Shown piece after piece: positions 1-13,900 of a DNA stretch of 64,000 nucleotides (position 1 is the stretch's first letter; each line of letters begins with the position of its first letter). A program made the translations under genes and the position numbers. Under the pieces are notes generated by a model. It was not told where the DNA came from. It saw nothing but the letters and a program-made list of their open reading frames with translations, and ran no database searches. This stretch comes from Macrostomum lignano. Lineage: Eukaryota. Where the stretch lies: the NCBI GenBank assembly GCA_002269645.1, contig NIVC01001208.1, forward strand, positions 124,001-188,000, given 5' to 3'.

Positions 1-779
1 CGATTTTTACACATCTGGGACGAGAATTCCTTCTAGATCGTTTTGATTATTGTGCACAGTTGAACTTAGAAAATTAGCCGATAGCCGCTAGACTGCAAAA
101 TTTGAACTGATCAGACATTTAAGCTATGGCAGTTAAAAGGCAGGAAGAACTTTGTTGTATAGCAAAATTGCCCGACCATTTGAAAGTGCAATCAATCTAC
201 ATGTACTTCAAGTAGCTCTACTTCGTATATGCATTCAAATGTCAAATTTTTGCTTATGACAACCAGTCGTACAATGATGCATTAACTGTGTTTCATCCAT
301 CAGAATCTATAGCTATAAAATTTGCTCGAGCGTTAAGTAGACCAATTAGACAATTTAATTTCTATCTATCCATATATCTACATGTACATGTATACACAGT
401 ATATCTAATGTAATGTACAATATTTGCTCATTTGCAAGAGACGTTGATTAGTAGACAGCCGTTAGGGCCAATGAATTCTCTGCCTTACGGGTTCGTCGCT
501 TGTTCAAACCTAACATTGTAGCGGTATAGCCTCTTCAGCTTAGCTCTGATTGTAGGGCTGTCCTACAGTCAGTCGTAAGCAGTAGCAGGATTGGGCCTGT
601 TACTTCAGCGGCTCGACTGCACACACCCACGTACTATTCGGCACCTCAACGCCGTAATGAAGCCGCTGGCAAGTCGGCGGTAAATATTTGCGTCTCATAG
701 CAAACGATAGGACGATAGGGCGTTATGAGAATTTGCAACATGTTTTCCTTATCACCCTCGAGTGGCTATGTCAGTTTCA

Positions 780-1400
780 AGCAAAGTTTCTGAGGCGAAG
801 GTGACTTCGAAGACAAACCTCACAGTTCGGTGGACTCAGGACCACCACTAGCAGAGTGGCATCGATAACGTCTAGAGCCTCCTTGAGGAGGACAGGCGAG
901 TAACTGTTGCTGAAAAACATGTAGCAGAGGCCAGTGGTACCATGCAGTTATACCAGCGCGCAGTCCATCCTGACAGCTCAGCTCGGAATGTTGAAAGTTT
1001 GTGCCAGATAGGTGCCAAAACTTTTGACTGTAGAGATGCAGCACAATCGGATGCTGGCTTGTCAGCACCTGCTGCACATGTTGTACATGTAGTAGTATTG
1101 CAAAGAGGAGTTTCTCGACTCAATCGTGACGGGGGGTGAGGGAGGCGATGTTTTATTCACTGTAGGAGCCGGAGACCAAAGTTCGAATCATGCAGTTGAA
1201 AGCGTCCCGATGAGCCCACTCCGTGAATCGACGGTGTCTTTGAGGAAGAAGCGGACAGGCCACCATCTTGTGGGATAAGGGTGCTGTTGATCGAGTGGCT
1301 GCCTGAAGAGCGGACGTTAACGATTGACTCCTATTTTGTCACAATGCGCCAGCTGAAGGAGGTAATCGAGCTGGAGAAGATCGCGTATGTCACAACGTCA
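780..1400 (+). pseudogene. Degenerate mariner transposase remnant
   Basis: Frame-switching translation gives mariner motifs: EGDFEDKPHS (cf. D.PRSGRP), IDNV*SLLEEDRRVTVAE, SILTAQLGMLKVCAR*VPKLLT (WVPxxL motif, TGG>TAG near 1009) and ATILWDKxVLLIEWLPEERTLTIDSYFVTMRQLKEVIE. Stops and frameshifts are present. Confidence 0.75.
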
Positions 1401-2293
1401 CCAACGTCACAACGTCTTGACGTCACAATTGTTATGAGGTCACAACGTCAAGTAATTTCGAAACACTTGCTTGCACAAAATGATTTCGCTATTCTCGCTC
1501 ATTCGGTGTAATACGAGCTACTCGTATATTGATAGAACTATCCCGCTGGAAAATATTTAGCAGCGACGACAGGTTGATGACGAAAAGATGACAAGTCTTC
1601 GCTGTCCGTCATCCTGCCATCGCTCGTCACACTGTCGTTATCATTTGCCGTCTGGACCAATCAGAGGCCGCCAAGAAGCAGGCAGCATTGCGCCATACTT
1701 TGTTGACTTTAAGCAAGTAGCGCCGTGAGAGAATTTAGCACTTTTTAACGGACAGCATGTAAAACTTTGGTATTTTAAGAATGCTAGATAAATTTGGATA
1801 CAAATTAGACAGATATTATCATAATATTTACGGTTTAAACAGTAGAAACAGTCCGTTAACAAAATACATGTATTTCAGCCAGTATTGTAGCTAAAGCAGC
1901 CTAATGAATGATTCATGAAATACAGTAGAAAAGAGCAAAAAAACGACCAACAGCAAGCAGGATATATAAGTCGAAATTCGGGAAGCAATTAATATTTGTT
2001 TAATAACTTAACAGCCAGGCGGAAAAATTAACAATGCAATGAGCGTCAACAAACGACTTAACTTTTAAATGACGACTTGTAAGATTGACAATGAATTTTT
2101 CCCTGTCTATCTCTACCCAGAGACAAATTTTAAGAGCATGAAATCTTGCCGGGATGTTCAGTTAGCAATGTTTGCCAGGAGAAAATTGTCTCCCTGCAAT
2201 GAGCATTTGGCACCGGTGCTTTCCAGTTCCGCGTGAAAGCGTCCGCGCGTCCGCGGGGCAACGTCGCAGAGAAGAGAAAGACTGGGGGAGAGG

Positions 2294-2296
<3 letters not shown>

Positions 2297-2340
<44 letters not shown>
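2297..2340 (+). repeat. (GA)n microsatellite
   Basis: Directly visible AG dinucleotide run. Confidence 0.95.
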
Positions 2341-2346
<6 letters not shown>

Positions 2347-2376
2347 AAGAGTAGGGGAAGATGAGAGGTTATCTAA

Positions 2377-3589
2377 TTATCCAGAGCTTCCTTGCTTCTG
2401 GGCGGACTGCGCTGCTTGCTCCTTGACTCCCTCCACGTTGCCCTCCGTTCTCGGAACTTTCGGCTTCCTTGGGTAGCTCCTGCGTCTCCTAGCCATCTTG
2501 TCACGGTATGCTCGCAACGCTTTTCCCATTTTCTTAATGACATCCTCCTGGGTCAACGGCAGCCTCGATATGTGAATCAGATAATTACCCAGCGTAAGCG
2601 CTCGCCTGCATGGCTTTGTTGAAAAGTCTTTATTCTGTTGAAGAATGGAAGATGTTGCGGCCGGCTCCAGCATCTCCTCATTGCTGAAGACAGCTGGGAG
2701 CGCAATCTTCAAAGCTTCTTGCAGCTTGCCGTCAACTAGCAGCTGAGCACACGATCGAAGCCGCAATATTGCCGGGAATGATGATATCGGCCGAAGCATC
2801 AGTTGGGACTGTCACACTGGTATTTGCACCCTGAGTCACAGGTACTCCGTCGGAACTCAGTTCGATGACCTGCAACTGGGTTGAGTTCAGTAGATCTTCG
2901 TGATAAACTGGTACGAGCATCAATTCAGTGTCTTTAGGCTGATGCCGATCAGAACCAGCTGTTGAATGCAGCGAGTCTGTACCAACAGGAGCCGCCTGGG
3001 ATGCATCGGAGATGCTCACGTTTGGTTGGAAGGTGTTGCTAGCAATCACTGTCTTAGCCTGCTCCCTCAGCTGCTTCATCAAGTCTGATCTCAACTTGTC
3101 GATGTCACCTCGAAGGGCAAGACGGTCCCCTCTCTCAGTTGCTTCGCATACCAAATGCCCCACTTCCTTCTCCAACTGCTCAACTCTTTTCTGACTGTCA
3201 GCCAAAGCCTCTTCGAGGAGCAGGACTTGCTCCTGTGACTTACGAAGTTTACAACGCAGCTGCTTCGACTCCGTTTGTAAAGCAGCCAGCTTTCCAGCTT
3301 CCTTGGCATCCGCCACTTCTTCTAACAGCAACCGGATGGCAACCTCCACCCTGCAGGCAGTTCTCCGATCAATTGGACCACACAGCATGCGTGCCGACAT
3401 GTCCGGCTTAAATGTACCAAATGGTGCAGCTTTGATATAGGTGCCAAACCCCAATAAAATCGAGGTTGAATGTGCACCTGGCATGACAGTACTCTGCTGA
3501 GGCTGCACCTCTTGAATGCTGATGGCATCCACAACAGTTAGGCCTATCTTTTGTGACTTATAGTCTTGTACAACATAGTAGTTTGCCAT
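2377..3589 (-). CDS. Coiled-coil plus probable BEN-domain protein, split over two overlapping frames (3589-2732 and 2799-2377)
   Basis: ORF1 (285 aa) has a heptad-rich segment (LQTESKQLRCKLRKSQEQVLLLEEALADSQKRVEQLEKEV). ORF2 has ALKIALPAVFSNEEML...EDVIKKMGKALRAYRDKMARRRR, which resembles the BEN pattern LL..vFs.EEL plus a basic C-terminal helix. GC-rich island in AT-rich DNA; an acceptor-like ttccag lies just before the ATG. Family call is by eye. Confidence 0.55.
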
Positions 3590-4938
3590 GTTTCTGGAAT
3601 GAAGCAGAATATACCAACCTCTGATTTTCTATAGTCAACAAATAAGGCCAAAAGTATATATTCTTAACAAATGCAAAAATAGAGCCCCAATTTGAGTAGC
3701 TAGCTATTTATGAGTGCTATTCATATACAATAATAATATGCAAAAAGAAATATAACAAAAGAAAAAATGGTATAAAATGACATTGAAAAGCAATAATAAC
3801 TAAAGCTAATAAAAATATGGAAGAGCATAAAAGCCTTAGGCATAATAATAAACATGTTTATTTTGTCTGTTTTCTACTTTGTCATTTTATATAACCCCTA
3901 TCTTACTCCCAGCCAGCTACTAGCTATACCTATGGCCATTTTGCTACCTTGGTCTTATTCCTTAGGCCTATCTATTAAGATTATTGTCTTCTTAAAAATT
4001 TTAGGTAGGTTAATCTCTTTTTAATTTTAAATTTTCTCATCAAATAGTAATGTATTTTCTATATAATATAAATTCTTTATTTACCCATTCTAATAACAAT
4101 GCCTATAAATGTATAGGCCTATGTCCTATAAAAACATTGTCTCTATAAAGATGATTAATCAATAAATAAAATGTTTTTAGAAAATTTTAAACATACTATT
4201 TTATATAAATGTCTAAATGTCTAGGGGCCTATTTATATATACATATGCCAATTCTAGTTTGGAAATTTGTAAAAAAGACTATTTTTAGCTAAAAATCAAT
4301 AAAAGATCAATAACATAGGCAAGGGAAATAAGGAGATATATCTCCCCTTAGGGCTGTGGGAGTACATGTTTGGTGTATGATTTTTATAAAAGTTACTTAT
4401 GTCAGGGGTCCCCAATCTCATACAGGTGGCGGGCTACTAATAACTGGCTTGGGGTCTAGCAAACTTCCATTTTGAGCCATATTTTAGATATCGTAAAACC
4501 ACTGTAGGGAAATTCAGATTTTTTAAACTAACCTTGTTTTCTGCTTTTGAAGCAAAAATCCTTTTCTTACTTTTTTCACATATTTAAATACAAGTTTTGT
4601 TTTTAATTCAAAGTAAACGATGTTTCAATTTCTTAGAAAGAAAGAAACGCAAATACGTCATCAAATACTAGAGACCTGTTTTGATTTGGAATGCCTGACT
4701 TGAGTTTAAGCTGAGACGAAGTAAGCGTTGATAGGTTTCTTTGTTTCTTTCTGGAATTTTTGTGCCTGAAAATCTAAAATCTATTTCCTCGATTTTCACG
4801 AAATTTTGTTGGTGTTAGGCCTTCAACTGTGTCTGCTTTGGAAATCGAAGGAATCTGAATTTTATTCTTACAGTAACTGAGTAAGATTCAATACATATTT
4901 TTCTTATCATAAAAACCGTCGGACTATAGGCCCTAGCT

Positions 4939-7900
4939 ATGGGAAATGAAAATACCAAACTAAACTATCGGAAAGCTGTTATTCAGCTTACCACTAGGAC
5001 TCAGGTAAGCAGGTTGTTTCTTCAATTGGCAATACCAAACTCATACATGCATAGTCATAGAAAAGAGTATTTATAGTATTGATATTTATTCCCTTATAAA
5101 AATTGATCTATCTTTAAAAATAATTAAATTAGTTTATATGTAGTTTAGAACTCTCCAAAAGATTTTTAAATTGATCAATATATATCTAGTATTAATGTAT
5201 TAGGCCTATTATATTACAAAAATTCAAAATAAAGCTATTTGTAGATTATTTATACTAATAGTTGATTTATATAAATTACAATTGTTTTGGTAACAAGACA
5301 TTTCAGTTGCACTCATTTTGGTGACAAGCAAAAGTCATTTTGGTTGCAAGAAAAATACCTTTTGGTAATAGCTATTTGTTTTTAAATAGTAAATTACCTT
5401 GCTAATTTTTAGTGTTCTGCCATAAGGAGGGTCCATGTACCATAGCCATAGCCGTAAGCAAAACTATGGCTTACTCCAATTCTCTGTAGCCATAGGGACC
5501 CCAAAATTGCTATATTCCTATAGTTCCTATAGCCATAGCCATAGTTTTAACAAAAAGTCTAAAAAACAAAATATTTTGAATCAAAAAGATAACCTAGTGC
5601 TTAAACAACTACAAATTAAATTAGAAAATAAAATAAACACTTAATTTTCTTTGTAAGATTATATTTGTCTTTCTTTAGAGCAACAATACTTAATAATTAT
5701 TGAAAGTACTAACGCTAAAGTTTTTCACATTAATAAAAATTAGAGTTTGCTAGTGTTTTATTTTACTTTTTTAGGTATATTTTATAAGTTTCTAGGTTGA
5801 TAATACAGTTTACGAAAAGTATCTTTGTTTTACTAGGCTATGGCCTAGCCTGGTATGGCCTGATAAGGATATCAAACCTTAACTTTTTAATATTTTTTGC
5901 AATGATTAAGTATTGCTTTATTGAATTTTGTTTATTTAACATACTAGAATTGCAATCTAATTGTAATTCTAATTCTAATTGTATCTAGACTAGTAAATAT
6001 CTCTGCTTTTCTCGTAGTCAATATTTCATAAGGATTCTCTATAGGTTTATGGTTTATGTGTCTGAATATTAAGGGACAATTCAAAACAATCTGCACAGAA
6101 AGAAAACCATATAATTAGTTTGATTTCTCTTCATATATATATTAAATCTTTCAACAAAAATTTTCAAATTTGCAGTGATAGGCACTAGTGCCACTAAATT
6201 TGAATTCCGCTAAAGTGCCACTGATGTCTTATTATATTAGCACCGCTAATTCTGCTAAATTGAAATTCCAATTAGTATACACTATCAATGTGCTACAAAT
6301 AGTTTTAAAAAATTGATAATTGCACTAAATTCAATTTTTTGCTATAAAACTAGATTGCTATAATTACTGTTTAATACTTAAATTGAGACTCTACTTGAGT
6401 AATAAGTTTAAGATCATGTAAATATGATTCTATTTTTCTTCAAAATACAAAAAAAATTGAATATCTTTTTTTTCCTTTTTATTATCAACAATTAATATAT
6501 AAGGGTTTCACTACAGATATTCAAAGAGACATTTAAAATGACTGTCTGTAACAAACAAAATTGACCCACTTCAACCATCTTTTTGGCAAATATTTACGCA
6601 AGTGTTGGGTGTCAAATAAGCTTTCATTTATTCTTTCAGTGCTTTCAATTCTTTCATTCATGCACCAGCTTCTAGCATGCCAACAGCGCGCCATCGTTCA
6701 GCATCTGTCATATGCCTGACCATTGTCATGTGTACTGTTGTACCCCCAACCCCAACCCCAGTCCCTTTTGTACTCTCACCCTGGAATTCACTCTCACCCA
6801 GCTTTAGCCACACCATGGTGCAAGTTATGTCACTTGCAGTTGAGGTGAGAGAGAAGTCGCCTCTCTTGGTAGGGTGGCAGTTTTGACTGTTGCTGAGTGT
6901 ATGTATGCCTGTCTTCCCTTAAGAAAATGCTTGTGTTGTATTACTACTTCACCTTCACTGATTCGGCGTAAATGAGAGTTGAATGCAGTTACTGCAAATT
7001 GTAGTAGTTTTTTAGTCAAATAGAATATGAAATTAGAAATGGAATGCTAAAAAAAGAAAGTTGTTTTTGCATACTGGCGCCTTTTTCTCTATGACAAATA
7101 AGAAATATGTTCCTGCGATTTTTTTCTTATCCTGCAATAATTTCTTTGGTTGTTTTAGTGGCAACACTGGTTCCAACTGTTTTTGAGAGAAATTGATGTC
7201 GCATTTATTTAAAGTCAATGGCAATTAATATGAAGCAAATAGTTTATTTGTTATGTTTTACTTTTTTGTGTGGCTTAATTATTAACTTTTCTGCATCCTG
7301 CAGATCGTGTGTCTATCATGCCTCTTTTGGCACCACAAAATCTGCTGGAACAGAAGCAAGAATGTCAATGTGTATGCGATATAATGTGCCATTGACAAGT
7401 AAACTTGGAAATGCAGATCATAGAAGCCACAGTGCTTGTAATAATTTTTTCCTAATGCCCTAACAGTGTGCCTAATTTGCTTAATTGCAAAATTGCTTAA
7501 TACTCATAATATTAATAATCATCCTAATAATAATACTGAATAATGTTTGGATTGTAATACTGCACAATTTACAAAAATTGATAAAATAATTGCCTTTAGC
7601 ATTCCACAATACACTTGTACATTAGCAAGGCTCCATGCAATGGTTAATAAATGGAGACGTAGGCAAGCGTCTGAACAAATATTGAATAAAAATCAGTGAA
7701 GTTTCTGAATGTGAGTTCGACCAAAGCAATGTTTAGTGTTGAATATCTCAGCATCAAAGCTGTCTTTTGTAACGCCTGAGGTGTCATTTTAAAGCCGAGA
7801 CATGCATAAAGAGTAAATTGAAGCATTTTTTAATCCAGTATCTGCTTTTAGGCTGCTATGATAAAAACAATTTCAGTCAACAGTAAAGCAATGTCTAATC

Positions 7901-10900
7901 AGAGTGTTGCTTAAGCAATTTTTAAATCAATGTATGTCAGGATTTTTACTTTAGTTAATAAATTAAAGCTTATTCGATGCCCAACACTTGCATAAATATT
8001 TCCCAAAAAGATGGTTGAAGCAGGTCAGTTTTGTTACAGATGTTACAGATGATTGTTTTGAATTGTCTGTCTAAATATCTGTCGTGAAACCCTCACATAC
8101 AATTAATCTCATTTTTGTCATTGACTGTTAAAAGTTTATTTACTACTTTTAGTTTGTTGGCAAAAAGTTATTGAATAATTTAATTTAATTTAATCATTTA
8201 ATCAAAGAATTCAACATTCAACTCAGTTGATATTCTAAGTGATAATGTGAAGCCACAGGGTATCAACAAAGTGATGGTGGCATTTAGAAATCCAATTTAT
8301 ATGCATTCAAATTAAAAAAAAACTAATTTATGTTAAAGATCATTTGTCAAATATTATTTTACTCTTAGGTCTAACTATCTTGAAATAGAATGCTTTAAAA
8401 GCCTATGCCTATAAAAAGCACTGAAAACATTTTGCATAATTTATCAAATAATATTATAAGTAATTATATAACTATTGATCTAATTCTAAAGACCAAGTTT
8501 AATTCTGATCATCTAGGCCTATTTTATTGTAAGATGAATTGTTTTCTTCTCTTTTTATAGTCATTGAATAATAAACTTAAAAAAGTAGCATTACTTTTTA
8601 GACATTTTAAACATTTTTAGACAGTTGCCATTGGTGATGAAAAACCATTAGCATAGTTTTTGCTCTGCTATATAGTATATATTCAGTTATAAGTTTGACA
8701 TATATTGCTTTTTGCAGCTTTTTTTATCTACTATGGTTCAAAAAGTTATAAGTGCTTAAAGTTCAAAAACATGATTATTAGTCAGACCCTATTATTGTGG
8801 AATGACCCATTTCATTGTTCTTGTTGCTCAATAAGCATATAGGAAGCGTCTGATTTGGAAGCTGGGTAACACATAGGAATTCATATAAGGATAAAAAATG
8901 CATTTTACTTAGTTTCTACTGAAGCAATTCAGAAAATTATTTTTTCTTGCATACATGCTGCAATGATACATAGTTTAAGGACTGAATAATTGTGGGATTT
9001 GGGATCAGCTTAGGGATAGAATAATTTAAGTATATATTTAAGTGCAATTTTATTGTTCTTTGTTGATTATTAAGCATATAGGAAGCATTTAATTTGGATG
9101 CCAGGTTTATATTTTGTGGTACCATTTTTTACTCAAAAATTTTAAGCCTAAATATGCAATACGCATTATATGCAATACTATATAAGTTGATATTTGAATA
9201 ATAAAAAAATTAAAGATTATTTTGCAACAAGGAATGAGTGGTATATTTACTTTCAGAGAGAAATGTTTGCTAGCAAACTGCACTTTTATTTAGTATGAAT
9301 TTTTGAGAATTTATATGGTTTTAGGTAGTTTGAAGAAATACTAAAAAATCCTTCATCTGTTTGAATAAAAAACCATAGAATACTTTCTGGCCTAATTCAT
9401 TGGGATCCCAGGATTTTCAGAAGTCCGGAATATCCCAATCCCGAAAAGCCCAGGATTTTCAAATTCTGGGATATCCCGATCCCATGAATCCTGGGATTTT
9501 CAAAGTCTGGGATATCCTGATCCCATTAATCCTGGGACTGGCAAAACTTGGAATTTTGTATTCCCTAATTACAAGCAAATCTACTGTAGTATAATTTTAC
9601 CCAAATAGCTTACTAAATAAGCAAATTTGTCAATCAACCTGAAAAACCAGCCTGTAGAAGCGTCAGACAACGACTTCTGGGACCAATTCTGGAGTGAATT
9701 CGAGACCACAGTGCAGGATATTTTCATCCTTATACCGGCTGCAGAAATTCGCGCCCTACGCGAAGAATCTCCATCAAATTTGGCCACTCTATGCTACAAA
9801 GCTGTTGAGAAGCTGGTTAGCATTGCCGAGACTTCTTATCATACACAGAAGGAGCAGCAGACTGGTGGGTTGAGTGTTAAAGTATGAGATTATTCCTTTA
9901 ATTGCATCTAAAGTACATAGATTTCTGCGTTTCTCTTGAGGTACACTGTTATATATACATAAATGAGAATCTCCTGAAAGTACAGTATGTCCATTAGAAT
10001 CTCCTTTCAGTACAGCATATTCCATAAAAGTATCCTGAAAGTACGTAAGAATCTCCTGCAAAATATCGTATGTCCATAAGAATCTCTAAAGTACAGTATG
10101 TCCATAAGAATCTCTCTAAAGTACAGTATGTCCATAAGAATCTCTAAAGTACAGTATGTCCATAAGAATCTCTCTAAAGTACAGTATGTCCATAAGAATC
10201 TCTAAAGTACAGTATGTCCATAAGAATCTCTAAAGTACAGTATGTCCATAAGAATCTCTAAAGTACAGTATGTCCATTAGAATCTCTCTAAAGTACAGTA
10301 TGTCCATAAGAATCTCTAAAGTACAGTATGTCCATTAGAATCCCTCTAAAGTACAGTATGTACATAAGAATCTCTAAAGTACAGTATGCCCATATGCTAA
10401 TGTACAAGCGTATTAACTGGAGGCCTGAAGTGCTTTACAGCTAAGAATATATCTTAATACAATGCAATAATTTTTTCTCCTATTTATTCCAGCCCTCAAC
10501 TGCATCCGCCTGCTAACCAGAATCTTGCCCTATATCTTCGAGGAGCCCGACTGGATTACATTTTTCTGGAGTCCGCAGCACCAGAGTGGCGAACGAGATG
10601 AGGTTAGATGATTTTTTATTTCACCTCAAGAATCGCCCTTTACTCTAAATCTCAAGAATCGCCCGTTACTCCCAATCTCAAGAATCGCCCTTTACTCTCA
10701 ATCTCAAGAATCGCCCTTTACTCTCATTCTCAAGAATCGCCCTTTACTTTCAATCTCAAGAATCGCCTGTTACTCTCAACCTCAAGAATCGCCCTTTCCT
10801 CTCAACCTCAAGAATCGCCCTTTCCTCTCAACCTCAAGAATCGCCCTTTCCTCTCAACCTCAAGAATCGCCCTTAACTCTCAATCTCAAGAATCGCCCGT

Positions 10901-13900
10901 TACTCCCAATCTCAAGAATCGCCCTTTACTCTCATTCTCAAGAATCGCCCTTTACTCTCATTCTCAAGGATCGCCCTTTACTCTCATTGTCAAGAATCGC
11001 CCGTTACTCTCAATCTCAAGAATCGCCCTTTACTCTCATTCTCAAGAATCGCCCTTTACTCTCATTCTCAAGGATCGCCCTTTACTCTCATTGTCAAGAA
11101 TCGCCCGTTACTCTCAACCTCAAGAATCGCCCGTTACTCTCAACCTCAAGAATCGCCCTTCAGTATCAACTTCAAGAATCGCCCTCTACTTTCAATCTCA
11201 AGAATCGCCCTTTCCTCTCAACCTCAAGAATCGCCCTTTACTCTCATTCTCAAGAATCGCCCTTTACTATCAACATCAAGAATCGCCCTTCACTATCAAC
11301 TTCAAGAATCGCCCTTTACTCTCATTGTCAAGAATCGCCCTTCACTATCAACTTCAAGAATCGCCCTTTACTCTCATTCTCAAGAATCGCCTGTTACTCT
11401 CAACCTCAGGAATCGCCCTTTACTCTCATTCTCAAGAATCGCCCTTTACCATCAACATCAAGAATCGCCCTCTACTCTCAATCTCAAGAATCGCCTGTTA
11501 CTCTCAACACCTCAAGAATCGCCTGTTACTCTCAACCTCAAGAATCGCCCTTTACTCTCAACCTCAAGAATCGCCCTTTACTCTCATTCTCAAGAATCGC
11601 CCTTTACTTTCAATCTCAAGAATCGCCCTTTACTCTCATTCTCAAGAATCGCCCTTTACTTTCAATCTCAAGAATCGCCTGTTACTCTCAACCTCAAGAA
11701 TCGCCCTTTCCTCTCAACCTCAAGAATCGCCCTTTACTCTAAAAGCCTTGCAAAGCAGACAATATTTTGCACTTTGTACTTTAATTTCGATTGAATTGCT
11801 TTGCTTTCAGGCCAACAGTCCACCATTGGCTCAAACGTTAGTCGCAGCTCTCTGTGTAAGTTATGAAAGTTCTTTAAATTAGTGTGAAAAATTTATTCGT
11901 AGAAGTAATGTCATTTCTTCTTGACTACCCGATTGTATTTCAGGACCTACTGTTCTGCCCTGACTTCACTGTGCAATCAGCCAAGAAACAGGGGCCTGTA
12001 AGTTTAAAAAGGAAAAATTATTAAACTGTTTTATTAATCTAATCTAACCTTTTTTGTGTAAAGCTTTAACCGATTATTATTGCTTAATCTGTACGCTATC
12101 TGGATTACTTCTAATTTTATTTAGGCATGCGCCCATCCGAATCTTGTAAGCTTATAAACAGTTGAAGTTATTGTTTTGGTTTGTTTATCTGCCACTGTCA
12201 CTGTTTAGGGTTTTCCAGTTTTTTATTCTCTAAATATGTGGCTGCTTTAAAGAACTGCAAGAGAAATGGTTAGCACTAGTTTTAAAATAATAGGTGAAGC
12301 TTGTTCTTAATCAATCATTGGTATTTTGTTCATTAAATTTGTTTATTTTCATTATTTCTTTTCCATCGTTCAGAAAAAAGTTCGCAGTGCACTACTAATC
12401 AAAGCAGATTAAGTAGAAAGTAATGAAATTTTTTTAATAGTTCTAATCGAAAATTCCTTTTTTGCTACTAACTGAGTAGAAAGTATAGAAAAATGTAACA
12501 CTTAAATAATTACAGGAGAATCCGGAAGATCTCAACACCATCGACAGCTGCGAGTACATCTGGCAGGCCGGCGTCGGGTTTGCCAGCACCCCAGTTCGCA
12601 ATGCTATCTACGATAGTCATCGCACTGAGATTCTTAAACTATTGCTAACTTGCTTCTCGGAGACTATGTACCTGCCTAGCAGCGAGGCTCACACCCAGCC
12701 GAATAGATGGATTGCTTATTTTACTAGCACTGAGAACCGACATGCGCTGCCTCTGTTCACTTCTCTGCTAAACACTGTCTGCGCCTATGACCCTATCGGC
12801 TATGGTGTGCCCTACAATCATCTCATGTTTAATGACAGCTTGGAGCCATTAGTAGAGGTGGCTTTACAGGTGAGATAATCATTTTGCAGACTCTAGATAA
12901 ATCTTCAGTTGCTTGGCCACTGCAACCCTCACAGATCCCCATCTTGAGCAGCTAACCGCATCTCAGATCCCCATCTTGAGCAGCTAACCGCATCTCAGAT
13001 CCCCATCTTGAGCAGCTAACCGCATCTCAAATCCCCATCTTGAGCAGCTAACCGCATCTCAGATCCCCATCTTGAGCAGCCAACCGGATCCCAGATCCCC
13101 ATCTTGAGCAGCCAACCGCACCTCAGATCCTTACTCGAGAACCCTCCACTCGCCATTTCCCAAGGTCCTCTGCGTCACCCTGGACTCGGACGGCAGCAGT
13201 GTGACGCCCTCGCCAGAGACAGCTGCCGCTGCCGCCTCCGCCGCCGCCGCGGCCGCAGCCGCCGCCACAGTTCCGTCGCCAACTTCGCCCACTCCGGCAG
13301 CCGCAGCCGCAGCCGCCAGCCTCCTGGGCTCCACAGGCGCAGACTTGGGCGACCTGGAGGCCGGCCCGGACAACTTGTTCGTCAACTACATGTCGCGAGT
13401 GCACCGCGAAGAAGACTTTGCGTTCATCCTGCGTGGCATTGCCAGACTGTTGAACAACCCGCTAGTGCAGACCTACCTGCCGGGCAGTTGCAAGCGAATT
13501 CACTTCTATCAGGAGCTGCTAATATTGTTCTGGAAAATGTGCGACATCAATAAGAAATTCATGTTCTACGTGTTGAAATCGTCGGACATATTGGACCTGT
13601 TGGTGCCTGTGCTGTACTATTTGAACGATGCCAGGGCCGATCAGAGCCGCGTAGGCCTAATGCACATCGGAGTCTTCATACTGTTGTTGCTAAGCGGGGA
13701 AAGAAATTTCGGTGTCCGTCTTAACAAGCCGTACCAGATTCGAGTGCCAATGGATATTCCCGTGTTCACAGGCACGCACGCTGACCTGCTTATCATTGTG
13801 TTTCACAAGATTATCACCACCGGCCATCAGCGCTTGCAGCCGCTGTTTGACTGTCTGCTGACTATTGTTGTTAATGGTGAGCGATTCTGACTGCCTGAAC

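Noticed and set aside
4403-4450. hAT-like terminus CAGGGGTCCCCAA
   Set aside because: No matching opposite terminus or TSD was found.
10608-11882. 424-aa and 251-aa periodic ORFs
   Set aside because: Translation of the 26-bp array within HID1 intron 3; only the last part overlaps the true exon 4.
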